Part shown: piece after piece, positions 1 to 12,056 of the stretch
Layout: every line of letters starts with the position of its first letter
How positions within the stretch are numbered: position 1 is the stretch's first letter
DNA from: Dictyostelium discoideum
Lineage: Eukaryota
NCBI GenBank assembly: GCA_000004695.1
Contig: CM000152.2
Coordinates: 6,112,001-6,176,000 of the forward strand
Direction: 5' to 3'
Length of the DNA stretch: 64,000 nt
The notes under the pieces: model-generated
What the model saw: the letters and a program-made list of their open reading frames with translations, nothing else
The model's database searches: none
Told to the model about the DNA's origin: nothing
Translations under genes and position numbers: made by a program

Positions 1-668
1 GTAATTCAATTCAAAGTTTAGAACAATTATATAATCAATTCAAACCAAATATTAAATTAATAATTTGGGGTGTATTCTTTGATAATGATAAAACCAATAC
101 TAGACCATCACCAACAACAACAAGCAGTACCAAAGAATCTGAAAAAGAAATATCTCATGAACCCTTAGCATATACAATTTGTTTTTTATTAAATGATGGT
201 ACAATTGATATTAATGATCAATTTGAAATTAATATAAATAGTGGTACTGACAATAATAATGATAATAATAATAAAAAGAATGGTTTAGATGATGAATTCG
301 AATATATTCAAGCAACAGTATCAAATAAAAAATCATCATTACAATTGAAATCAAACTCGACAAATCAAAAAACGACTATAAATAATTATATATCAAAAAA
401 GTATTTCATTACAATTTGTGATAATATGGGTGGCAAAATTGAAGAGAAATTAAATTTCATGAAAAATATCATTCAAGATGAATCAATAGTTAAAGTTGTT
501 TACTTTTGCCAAGAATCAATTAAACCATTCATTAAATATTATGATTGGATTAATTTAAGGAATTGTTGGGATCCAATGATTGGTGCTTGGTTATTAGAAA
601 GTGACCTTTTATCAACTAAAAAAGTTTCAATTGAATCACTTGCTCATTTTTTAAAATTAAAATCATTA

Positions 669-737
<69 letters not shown>

Positions 738-2510
738 CAAAATAATAATAATTTAATATTTACAGAAAAAGAATTAAATTATATATTAAAAAGAGAATCA
801 TTATTATATGATAAAGATAAAGATACATCATCAAATTATAATAACTATCTTTATGATCATTGGTTAGTATTAAAAGTTTATAATGTAATCTCAATTAGTT
901 TATTCGAATTTGATTTAAATTTCTCATTTTCAAATGAAATGAGATTAATACCGATTCTATCAAAGATGGAATTAGAAGGTATTTGTTGTAATATTGGTAA
1001 ACTGGATCATTATTTAAAAAGAATTTCAGAGTTTACTAAAGAATTAAAAGAAAGTGTAAATAAAGACGATGGCGATGATGATGACGATAATAATTTTAAA
1101 AGATTTGAAGAATTTAAATTAGGATCATTTAAAGAAGTTAGTGGATGGTTAAATCAACATGGTGTAGATATAAAGAGTACAAGTAAAGAAACATTGATTC
1201 AACAAAAAAGATTGAATATAAATAATCAAAAAGTTGTAACATTTATTGATAGAGTATTATTCTATAGAAGATTATCAGCTTTAAAAGGTCACTATATTGA
1301 ACCATACTTGTTAAAGTATACAAATACTACTACTACTACTAAAACTCGTAGTAATACTAATTCAACATTTCAAATCTCTTGTCAATGGAATCAAACTGGT
1401 ACTGCTACTGGTCGTTTATCATCCTCTGAACCAAATCTTCAAACTATTCCAAGAACGTCAACATCATTAATAAATCCAACTACAGCAACAACTACTACTA
1501 CTACTACTTCTACAAATAATGATTTAAATGATTTAGATGATTTAGATGATTTAGATTATAATGGTAATGATGGTGGTTCATTAGATCCTGATTTTATTCA
1601 AGCATTACAAGATGATGATGATAATAATAATATTAATAATAATAATAATAATGATGATGATGATAATATTATAAATATTAGAAATTCATTTATTTCAAGA
1701 GAAGGATTTAGTTTAGTAGTATTAGATTATAATCAAGTTGAATTAAGAATTATTGCACATTTTTCAAGAGATAAACATTTAATTGAATATTTTGAAAGTG
1801 GTAGTGATGTTATTAATATGATGGCAGTTAGATTATCGGATAGAGATGATCTCGATGTAAACAATGTTGATAAAGAAACTCGTGATAGAGTTAAACGTAT
1901 AGTTTATGGTATACTCTATGGTATTCAAGCATTTTCTTTGGGTAAATTATTAAATATACCAATTTATAAGGCATCTGATCATATAAAGAATTTCTATTTC
2001 AAATTTGATGGTGTTTCAAATTTCATACAGATTACAAAATCAAATGCAGAAAAATCTCATGTCGTTCCTACACTTGGTAAAAGAATTAGAAAATTAGATA
2101 GTAAATTTAAAACTAAAGCTGTAAATTCAATAATTCAAGGTAGTTCTGCCGATATCATTAAATTAGCAATGATAACAATAATGAATGAATTATTTTTACC
2201 ATTATTAAATTTAAATTCAAATAATAATAATAAAATACCTCGATTTTTATTACAAGTTCATGATGAATTAGTATTTGAAGTACCAGATGAATATTTAGGT
2301 GATAATTCAATTAGAATGGATCTTTTAATTAAATACCAAATGGAAAATGTTTCAAATTATTTTAATATGTGTGTACCTTTATCAACATCTTTATCCATTG
2401 GCAAAAAGTATGGTTCATTATCAAAAGTAGTCTCTGAAAAAAATCAAGTCGATTTAAAAGAAAATATGGACAACTTTAAACAATTTTTATTTAATTATAA
2501 AAATAAATAA
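1..2510 (+). CDS. Family A DNA polymerase (Pol theta / Pol nu-like) C-terminal polymerase domain; 5'-partial, frame continues from window start
   Basis: Open frame from nt 3 to the TAA at 2508-2510. Pol I-family motif A 'LDYNQVELRIIAHFS', motif B 'RVKRIVYGILYGIQAFSLGK' and motif C 'QVHDELVFEV' are present, plus a 'RLSSSEPNLQTIPR' O-helix-like segment. The window begins with gtaatt, so the start may lie in or after an intron. Confidence 0.75.
661..735 (+). repeat. (AAT)n trinucleotide repeat inside the polymerase CDS, encoding poly-Asn
   Basis: About 25 perfect aat units that translate as N25. Confidence 0.9.
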
Positions 2511-2578
2511 ATTATAAAATAAAATAAAGATTATTAATTTATTTTAATAGTCTATATTTTTATTATTAATAATAATAT

Positions 2579-2620
<42 letters not shown>

Positions 2621-3265
2621 CGTTGGGATTTTAAACTCCTAACTTTGGGCATTCCTAGAAAAAGTTTTTCACAGATTAAATTAATTTAATGTTAATTCCT
2701 ATTTTTTAAAAAAAACTAAACAAAAAAATAAAAAAAAAAAAAATAAAAAAAAAAAAACTAAAATCTGTGTATAATCTTTCAAGACAATATTATTAAAAAA
2801 AAAATAGGAATTAATTTTTCCTAAAAGGAGTTTATAGGAATTAAACAAAAACCTATTACATACTTTCAGTAAAATTTAAAATTATTTTATAAAAAAAAAA
2901 ATGTGGGGTTTTTTTTTTATTGTTTTAGATTTTATTTTTTAAATAATTTGTTTTTAGTGTGTCATTTGTTGTTAAAAAACTTAATCTTCTTATGGAATCT
3001 ACCATCTAAATACTCTTAAAGTTAAAATTTTTTATAATCTTAAAAAGAAAAGGTATGATAAATTTAAATTTTAATTTTTTCATGTTATAATATCTTTTTT
3101 TTTTTTTTAATTTTGGATTATTTAAGGATTATTTCTGTTTTATTTTAAAAAATATAAAAAAAAAAATAAAAAAATAATAATTATAATTTTATAGTTGATT
3201 ATATTTAGAAAAATATTTATATATATATAAATATATATAATAATTTTAAATTAAACTAATATAAA

Positions 3266-4405
3266 ATGAAAAAAAATTTAAATAATCTAACAAAAAAAAA
3301 ATTATTTCAATTAAATAATTATAATAATAATTCAAAGAAAATTGAATTTAATAATATAAATATTCAAGAATTTAATAATGGATGTAGAAAAATTATAATA
3401 AATAGAGATGAAAATTCAAATTCTATAAATTCAGAAATTTCAACAAATTTTTTATTAAATAAATTAAATGAATATAAAGAAGATAAAGAAAGTAAATTTA
3501 TAATTCTATGTGGTGATAATAATTTACCAAATTCAAATTCATTATTAAATCAAAATTCTAATAAACCAATTATATCATTTGTAAATGAAATTACTATGGG
3601 TTTAACTTTACATTGTAGTCATAGAATTGTTGGTGATAATGCAATTTGGTCAATTCCAAAAGTAAGCTATTATTATTATTATTATAATTTTAATATTTTA
3701 AAAATTAATTTTAAAATTTTACAAAAAAAAAAAAAAAAAAAAAAAAAAGACTAACGAATTATTTTTTTCAGATTTGGGAACAAGTCATTTCCTTTCAAGA
3801 CTCGGTTCAGTTGGATTATATTTAGGAATAGTTAGAAAAAATATTAGGACAACAGATTTAATTAAAACTAATATTGCAAATAATTATATCCCAAATGAAT
3901 TATTTGATAAAGCAATGTGTGAATTGTGTTTTAGTCCAATGAATAAATGATGATGAAATTGATTTTACAATAAAGAAGTATAAAAAAGAGTTAATTATTG
4001 ATAGAGAGTCGTCGCATTTGGTGAAATACAGGGATATAATCGATAGATGTTTTAATAGAAATTTTAAATCAGTTCAAGAGATCATTAATCATTTAAAGAA
4101 TGAAATACTTTTTGATGATATTCCACACGAAAAACAATGGGCCATAAATACATTGTCAATATTGGAAAACTCATGTCAATCTTCAGTTTCTGTTTCATTT
4201 GAAAATATTCAACGTTCATTATATTTAAATATAAATGAAATTTTTGAAAATGAAAATAGAATTATTTCGAAAACAATTGGAAAAAAATGACTTTCCTAAA
4301 TTGTTAACAATCCATAAATCTCAAAAACCAATTTTCTCTCCCTCTTCAATTAATGAAATAAGTCAAACTATAAAGTTTCCTTTTTTTTTTTTTGTATTTC
4401 TTTAA
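3266..4405 (+). pseudogene. 3-hydroxyisobutyryl-CoA hydrolase (HIBCH, crotonase-fold)-like gene, degenerate with probable frameshifts
   Basis: Exon 1 is 3266-3661 (donor aaa|gtaagc). Exon 2 starts at 3750 after the AG at 3748-3749. It encodes 'TNELFFSDLGTSHFLSRLGSVGLYLGIVRKNIRTTDL', which matches the HIBCH segment '[36 protein letters not shown]'. Homology then continues in frame +1 from ~3946 ('DDEIDFTIKKYKKE...SFENIQRSLYLNINEIFENENRI') and in frame +2 from ~4250 ('NDFPKLLTIHKSQKPIFSP' ~ 'DFHEGVRAVLIDKDQSPKW'). No intron can join these segments. The Gly-rich oxyanion loop (GGG->LTL) and the catalytic Glu of 'MPE' (->IPK) are lost. Confidence 0.5.
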
Positions 4406-4712
4406 AAGATAAAAAAAAAAAAAAAAAAAATAAATAATCAATAATTCCAGGTTTTTTTTTTTTATTTATTTTATATTTAATATTTCCAAAAATAGAAAAA
4501 TAGAAAAAATAAAAAATAATTTTATGGAAATAAAACAATTCTCAAATTTTTATTATTATTATTTTATTATTAATATTTGTACACAATATTGGAAATGATT
4601 AACTTTGAAATTTATTTTCAGGCAACTGATAAAATTTTTAAAAGAAAAAATCAATTGTTCAATGAAAATCAAAAAAAACAAAAAAAAAAAATAAAAATAA
4701 AAATAATAAATA

Positions 4713-4755
<43 letters not shown>

Positions 4756-5074
4756 GTTTAAAAAGATATTAGAAAAAGACATGCAAATAATAAATAAATT
4801 TTTTTTTTTAAAACAAAAAAAAAAAAAAAAAAAAAAAAAAAACATTTTTGTGTCATATGATCAAAATTCCTTAATATTGAAAAAAAAAACACTTTTTGTT
4901 AGATCTTTTGGCGATCGTTAATTTTTTTTAAATTCTATTTTTTTATTTTTTTTTTAACTCATCGATTGAGCCACCGTGATTACTTTGAGATATTTTTTAA
5001 TTTCACACAAAGTTTTGTTTTTTTTTTTATTTTTTATTTTTTATTTTTCATTTTTTATTATGGTTATTAATTTT

Positions 5075-5109
<35 letters not shown>

Positions 5110-5502
5110 TATTTTTTTATTGTACCCACACCATTCTATAATATATTATATATTTATTTTTAAAATTTTTCATTTTCTTGAAAAATAAAATTAAAAAAAA
5201 AAATAAAAATAATTTTTAAAAAAAAAAAAATACAGCTATAATATTTTTATAATCACTAATATATTTATAAATAGCATCTTGATCAATTTTTTTTAAATAA
5301 AATAAAAAAAATATTTTCACCTTATGTATGTGTTCTAAAAATAACTAAAAAAAAAAATAAAATAAAATAAAAAAAAATAATAGTAGAAAAAATGGTTTTT
5401 ATTTTTTTTTTTTATTTTATTTTTTTTTTTTTTTATTTATTTTTTTTTTTTTCGCACCCGAATTATTTTAAACGTTTAAAAATTTTTTTTTTATTTTATT
5501 TG

Positions 5503-5542
<40 letters not shown>

Positions 5543-5974
5543 AATTTTTAAACGTGTAATAATAAAAAAAGATTTTTCTTTTTTCTCAATAAATTAAATA
5601 ACATAAACCAATAATTTTCATATCACAAAAGGTAGTAATAATAATAATAAAAAAAAAATATACAACAAAAAATATCAAAATTATATTATTAGTAATATTA
5701 CTGTCAATAGCAATAATAATAATAATAACAACAATAGTTGTAAGAGTAATAATAAAAATAATTATAATTATAATAATGATAATAATGATAATAACAATAG
5801 CAGCACAGCAACAGCAAAGAAAAATAACAAAGAGAATTTAAATCCTCCTAACATATATCATCATCTTTATCGACTAAGGTGGGAGGGGGATTAATTTTTA
5901 ATCAAATAAATAAATCTCTACAATCCATACCCCAACCATCATAATCATAATAAAATACTCACAAAATTATTCAC

Positions 5975-6068
5975 ACACACACACACACAGCAGTAACAAA
6001 CTAACATACATACACTCACACACACAACACTCCCACACACAACACTCCCACACATTAACACACACACA
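5975..6068. repeat. CA/ACAC-rich simple repeat
   Basis: Imperfect 'cacacacacacag...cacacacaacactcccacacac' run in the promoter region upstream of the GbpD-like gene. Confidence 0.8.
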
Positions 6069-6340
6069 AAATTTAAAATATTTTTTTTTATTTTTTTCTA
6101 TTTTTTATTTTTTTTTTTTAAAAATAAAAAAAAAAAAAAAAAAAAAAAACCATAACAATATATTAACACAAAATAAAAAAAAAAAAAAAAAAAATATACA
6201 TATAATATATATAACATATAATAGAATAAAATATTTTAGAAACTATAAACTTTAATTTAACCAATCAAAACCAAAAAGGTTTACAACAATAGCAATAGCG
6301 CTAAAAAACCAAATAGTTTTATAATCAATCAATTATCAAA

Positions 6341-6485
6341 ATGACAGATTACCCATTCTATAAACCAGATGATGAAACCAATATAATATATAATATAAAT
6401 ATAAATAAAAAAGAAGGATTTAGTGCGATTAAATCTTGTTCATTAGCAAAATTAATAGAGAAATTAACATCAACAAAACAACTTC
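6341..6485 (+). CDS. gbpD: GbpD-like RasGEF, exon 1 (start codon; RasGEF N-terminal/REM domain begins)
   Basis: ATG at 6341. The exon encodes 'MTDYPFYKPDDETNIIYNINI...AKLIEKLTSTKQL'. Donor gtatgt at 6486, phase 1. Confidence 0.6.
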
Positions 6486-6595
6486 GTATGTTTCTTTAAA
6501 AAACAAAAAAAAAAAAAAAAAAAAAAAAATAGATGTATGACTAATTAATTATTTTTTATATATATACATTGGTTTTTTTTTTTAAATTATTTTAG

Positions 6596-6755
6596 ACACA
6601 TATTTTTCATCAGCTTTTTTTTTAACATATAGAGATTTTACAACCCCACTAGAGATTATTAATCTTTTAATTAGTAGATATACAGGACCACCACCTGATT
6701 CAAGTAAAGATTCTTTAAGATTATTTGAAATTGAAGTTGATATTGTTCAAGCAAA
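6596..6755 (+). CDS. gbpD: GbpD-like RasGEF, exon 2 (REM domain)
   Basis: Acceptor ttttag at 6591-6595. Encodes 'HTYFSSAFFLTYRDFTTPLEIINLLISRYTGPP', a RasGEF-N signature. Donor gtaagt at 6756, phase 2. Confidence 0.6.
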
Positions 6756-6858
6756 GTAAGTTTTTTTTTTTTTTTTTTTTATTATTAATTATTTTTAAAA
6801 ACCAATTTTAATAATATTTTTTTTTTATTTTTTTTTTATTTTTTTTTTTTAAAAATAG

Positions 6859-7105
6859 TGTTTTAAGTATATTTAGGACACTTATTGGAACATTAATACA
6901 AGTAGATTTCGATACACCAAAATTATCAAGTTCAATTATAGAATTTTTCAATTCGTTACCAGAAAGTGTAAAAAATGAACTCTTTTTAGAATTTTTTAAA
7001 GCAAAGAAAATGGCAAGACCACCCGGATCAATTCCCAAACCTGTAAATAGTAATATAATATCATCAGCCGCTTCAACAATGCGTTTTTCATATTCTGTTA
7101 GTCCA
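6859..7105 (+). CDS. gbpD: GbpD-like RasGEF, exon 3
   Basis: Acceptor aaatag at 6853-6858. Encodes 'NVLSIFRTLIGTLIQVDFDTPKL...'. Two in-phase donors are possible, gttagt at 7097 or gtttgt at 7106. The 7106 donor gives a 1312-aa total, the length I recall (unverified) for GbpD. Confidence 0.5.
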
Positions 7106-7185
7106 GTTTGTATCCCAATATTAATAATTTATTTAAATTTTTTTATTTATTATTAATTTTTTTTTTTTTTTTAATACAATCACAG

Positions 7186-8007
7186 AAAACACAATCACCA
7201 AATTCTACAAATAATGTTTTATCAGGCTTATTATCAAATAATGGTAGTAATACAATGAATGGTATAAATGGTACAAGTAATAATAATGTAAATAGTAATA
7301 ATAACAATAATAATGGAACAACAAATATTAGTTCACCAAATTTTGATCCAAGTAGATCATCGATGAAAATGGGTAAAGGTATAATGAAATTACTTCAATC
7401 TAATATAGCTAATTTTAATAATCAACAAAATGGAGGAGGAGGTGGTGGTAGTAATAATGGTACATCACCACAAAGTTCACCATCATCAACACTTTCAAGC
7501 ACAAACTCATTATTCAATCAACAACCATCATTATCAATGTTAAATGATGATGGTTCTGTACAAAACAACAATAACAACAATAACAACAACAACAACAACA
7601 ACAATGTAAATGAAATTTCAACAATAAATGTACAATTACCACCATCAACTCCACCAATTAATGGTATACCAGGTGAGAAAACTGCATTCTTACCAGAGGC
7701 AATCGCCAAAGAATTGACCATTATGGAATGGGAATTAATCACAGCTTTAAGTGTTAGTGATATTACCAGTAAAGAATGGAATAAATCTGTAAATATTCAA
7801 AATTTAACAACTTGGTTCAATAGAATTAGTTCATGGGTTTCAACTAAGATCATATCAAAAGAAACACCAGAAGAAAGAGCAATCATTATTGAAGCTTTTA
7901 TTAATATAGCAAACTTTGCAAAAGAATTAAAAAATTATAATTGTGTTATGGAAATCTTAGGTAGTTTACATGGTTCTTCAATAAGTAGATTAAAATCAAG
8001 TTGGGCT
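7186..8007 (+). CDS. gbpD: GbpD-like RasGEF, exon 4 (linker and first half of the CDC25-homology GEF domain)
   Basis: Acceptor cacag at 7181-7185. Encodes 'EKTAFLPEAIAKELTIMEWELITALSV...NYNCVMEILGSLHGSSISRLKSSWA'. Donor gtatgt at 8008, phase 0. Confidence 0.65.
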
Positions 8008-8074
8008 GTATGTATATAATAGTCTTTTAAAATATATATATATATTTATTAAAATTAATAAAAAATAGTCTTTT

Positions 8075-8109
<35 letters not shown>

Positions 8110-8159
8110 TAAAATTAATTATTAATTTTTATTTTTATTTTTCAAATAATTATTTATAG

Positions 8160-10289
8160 TTATTATCACAAAAAACAAATGACATGTTTCAAATTTTAAA
8201 TAATTTAATGACAACAGATGGTAATTTTAAAAATTATCGTAAAATTTTAACAACAGTATTACCAAATGAACCATGTATACCCTATTTGGGTTTATTTTTA
8301 ACAGATTATACTTATTTGGATGAATCGAATCCATCATTATCAACCGATAGTAATTTGATAAATATTGATAGAATTTTTTTGATTAGTACTCGTGTTCAAG
8401 AGTTTTTTCAATTGTTTACAAATTGTAACTATACATTCATTTCAAATATGTCTGTACGTGATGCGATTTTAGGTGAAAAGGTTTGGGATGAAAATGAAAT
8501 TTTTAGACTTTCAAAGATTAGAGAAGAGACATCATCATTACAATCATTAAAAGAATCAAATGGTATAGGTAATAGTAATAGTACAAGTGGAGGTAGTAGT
8601 AGTAGTTTAGTCAATAAAGATGGTAGTGGTGGTGGTGGTGGTAGTGGCGGTGGTGGTAGTGTTAATAGTAAAGGTGATGGTAAAGGTGATGGTAAAGATA
8701 ATCGAGATGGTAGAGGTGATGGTAATAGTAATTGTGGTAATGGTAGTGGTATTAGTAGCAAAGATAAAGATTTACTATTATCATCATCATCATCAGCAGC
8801 ATCACATACAGTTAGAAGAAAGAATTTTGTAACCAAATATCGTATGTCATTCACTGGTAACGATCCATTACCATCGGTTTCATCGACATTGTCCGAAAGA
8901 GAATGGAAGATCTTAACAACAAATTCTAAAACCATCATTTATCCAAGAGGTAAAACTGTATTAAGTGTGGGTGAAACCAATACCAATATTTATCGTGTAA
9001 TCTCTGGTAGAGTAAAAGTTGAAACTTTGAAATCATTCAATTCATCCGATGCTGATTTAGGTGCAGGTGGTGGTGGAGGTGGCGATAATCGTGGCGAAGA
9101 TAATAGTTTGATGGCAATTAAAGCAAGGAATCGTCTATCATTGAATTTACCTGCTCAGGATGATGGTTACTATGTTGAAGAGGGTGAAATATTTGGTCAA
9201 GAATCATTCCTCTACACTGATAGACCTATGCTTTCAAATATTATTGTCGATAGTGGAGAATGTGAATTAATGGAGATTGAAAAATCATTTGTATTACAAT
9301 TATTTGCAAGTGAACACCAACTATCTGCAACTTTTTATAAATTTATTGGTGTAATTCAAGCTCAACTATTAAAATCAATTTATATCAATTTTACAAGTAA
9401 TTATGGTAACGGTGGTAGTGGTGGTAGTGGTAGCAATGGCAATGGTGGTGGTAGTAGCAATGGTGCGGGTGGTGGTGGTTTAAGTAGTAGTGTTAGTATT
9501 GGTAATTTAAATTCACCAAATATCAATAGAATCGATTTTAAAAGAAGATCAACAATCTTTGAAACACCATCATCATTGGATATATTACGTGATGGTAATG
9601 ATTCATCTTTTAGAACTAAATTTGGGTTATCACAAGATGAAGTTATCATTAAACGTTATCAATGTAAACATAATAATATGAATGGTACATTATATATCAC
9701 AAAACATAATCTATGTTTTGAGGGTAAATTCCTTGGTATAAATAAAAATAAAACCATACCATTCGATCGAACCGATAAAATCTTAACAGTTGATAAAAAT
9801 ATTATGACTGTCACTACAAAAGAAAAAGTAAAGAAATTCACTTTTAAATCACATGATGATCTAAATGAAGGTTATGGTATTTCAGTTCAAATTTGGGCAA
9901 ATCATTTAAATATTAATGTTAAACAACAATTACAATTACAACAACAACAATTACAACAACAACAACAACAACCATCCCAACAACCATCTCAACAACAATC
10001 TCAATCATCACAATTACAACAATCAGTTAGTGCATCATCAACAACACCACCTGTACCAAATTCACCAAAAGTTGGACGTGGTGAATCATTTAGTAATATT
10101 AAAGATTTACCATCAAAAGATGAATGGAATCAAATTCTTAAAGGTACAAAACCATTAACCTTTAAAAAAGGTGAAATTTTAATTTGTGAAGGTGTTGAAT
10201 ATCAAAAAATGTTTCAAATTGTCAAAGGTGAATGTTCAGTTGTTAAAAGTTTATTACCAACTCCATTGGATCAAAATATTTTTAATAAT

Positions 10290-10351
<62 letters not shown>

Positions 10352-10724
10352 TAATAATAATAATAATAATAATGGAAATAATAATAATAGTATATTTAAA
10401 AATAATTCATCAATTAGTAATACAAATAGTAATACATCGATTGATGGTGGAGTTGGTGGTGGTTTATCACCACAAACATTAGTTGATCCAAAAAATTCTG
10501 TTATTGTTTCAAAATTAACTCATGGAAGTATTTTTGGTGAAATGTCTTTCTTATTACCAGGTGGTAGCGCAACATCTTTGGTTGTCTCAAGTGATGAAGT
10601 CGAAGTATATATTATCGAAAGTTATTTCCTTCATATTCTATTAAAATCAAAACCTTATTTAGCAAGTAAATTTTATAAATATTTAGCCTGTGTACTTGAA
10701 ACACGTGTCCGTAATTTAACTTAA
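8160..10724 (+). CDS. gbpD: GbpD-like RasGEF, exon 5 (rest of CDC25 domain, cNMP-binding domain A, GRAM domain, cNMP-binding domain B; stop)
   Basis: Acceptor tttatag at 8153-8159. Encodes 'NYRKILTTVLPNEPCIPYLGLFLTDYTYLDE' (CDC25). cNB-A contains 'EIFGQESFL'. The GRAM domain contains 'KRYQCKHNNMNGTLYITKHNLCFEGK'. cNB-B contains 'FGEMSFLLPGG'. TAA at 10722. The REM-CDC25-cNB-GRAM-cNB order matches D. discoideum GbpD. Confidence 0.7.
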
Positions 10725-10796
10725 AAAAAATTAAAAAAATAAAAAAAAATAAAAAATAATAATATGATAAAAATAATAATAATCAAAAATAATAAT

Positions 10797-10905
<109 letters not shown>

Positions 10906-11376
10906 AATAAAATAATAATAATATTTATTTATTTAAATGGTGTATAAAGAAAAAAAAAAAAATAAAAATAAAATTTTTAAAAAAAAAAAAAAAAAAATAA
11001 ACCCCTGTTTTTTTTTTCAAATAATTATATTGGTAGCTGTTTTATTACCACAAATTAATTTCCGATTTTTAGATCATATTACTAAATAATTATTTATAAT
11101 TATTTTAATTTTTAATTTTTTATTTTTTTATTTTTTTTAATTTTTTTTTTTAATTTTTTTCATTTTTTTTTTATAATTTTATTTTTTTTATTTTTTTTTC
11201 TTTTTTTCTTTTTTCTTTAATTGCCACCCCCTTTTTTAGAATTGGAATAAATAATAATAATAATAATAATAATAATAATTTATTCAATTTCATTTCAAAC
11301 AAATAAATATCATTTTTAAAAAAAGAAAAAAAAATAAAAATAAAAAATAAAAAAAAAAAAATATAATTATATAAAA

Positions 11377-11829
11377 ATGTTTGATTTTATTCCAGAAGAA
11401 GCAGTTTGGGCAATTTTAATTATTGTTATAATTTATCTTTTAAAAGTTATATTATCACCAGCAAAAGATTATGTTCCAACTAAAGTTGTACAAAAACCAG
11501 TTTACGAAAAAAGAGATTATTCATTAGAGGAAATTAAAGATTTTAAAGGAATTGATGAAACAAAACCAATTTTCATCGCAATTAAAGGTAAAATTTATGA
11601 TGTAACTGCAAAGAAATCAACTTATGGTCCAGGTGGCTCATATCATTTATTTGCAGGAAATGATGCTACAGTCTGTTTGGCCAAAAGTTCATTCGAAGAA
11701 TCTGACATTAATCAACCATGGACAAATCAATCATTAGATGATTTAACTGCAGATCAAAAAGATTCACTTAAAAATTGGATTGATTTCTTTAGTGAAAGAT
11801 ATACTTTAGTTGGAAATGTTAAAGAATAA
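11377..11829 (+). CDS. Membrane-associated progesterone receptor component / cytochrome b5-like heme-steroid binding protein (MAPR/PGRMC family), single exon
   Basis: N-terminal TM helix, then 'YSLEEIKDFKGIDETKPIFIAIKGKIYDVTAKKSTYGPGGSYHLFAGNDATVCLAK', which matches the MAPR cyt-b5 domain consensus. Confidence 0.7.
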   Translation: MFDFIPEEAVWAILIIVIIYLLKVILSPAKDYVPTKVVQKPVYEKRDYSLEEIKDFKGIDETKPIFIAIKGKIYDVTAKKSTYGPGGSYHLFAGNDATVCLAKSSFEESDINQPWTNQSLDDLTADQKDSLKNWIDFFSERYTLVGNVKE

Positions 11830-12056
11830 AAGTTTTTAAAAATATATAAAAAAAAATAAATAAACAAATAAATAAATTGAATAATATATTTATAATTGTA
11901 TATAATTCTAAAAAAAAAAAAAAAAATAATAAAAAAATAATAAAAAAAAAAAAATGGATTAAAAATAGTTTAAAAAGTGTATTTGTTTTTATTTTTTTTT
12001 TTGTTTTTTTATTTTTTTTTTTATTTGTTTTTTTATTTGTTTTATTATTATTATTT

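Noticed and set aside
3750-3771. The more obvious 'tttttttcag' acceptor at 3769-3771 for the HIBCH-like exon 2
   Set aside because: It is out of phase with the phase-0 donor at 3661/3662. The AG at 3748-3749 gives 'IPK|TNELFFSDLGTSHFLSRL', which matches the HIBCH active-site loop.
4976-5188. Poly-Phe/Ile/Lys ORFs made by translating homopolymer runs (also 11819-12091, 14664-14870 5' part, 22755-22973, 23127-23363, 23667-24634, 25123-25305, 31447-31656, 35175-35626, 42108-42335, 52817-53060)
   Set aside because: These are translations of poly(dT)/poly(dA) intergenic or intronic tracts, not genes.
7108-8019. ORF-track start 'MYPNINNLFKFFYLLLIFFFF' for the RasGEF exon
   Set aside because: The first 78 nt are intron (poly-T). 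The real exon begins at the cacag acceptor, nt 7186.
8429-8938. Minus-strand ORFs inside gbpD exon 5 (8429-8938, 9401-9649, 9659-9841) and plus-strand 8620-8832, 9916-10482
   Set aside because: Antisense or alternate-frame readings of Gly/Ser- and Gln-rich coding repeats (poly-P/L/V/I/H artefacts).
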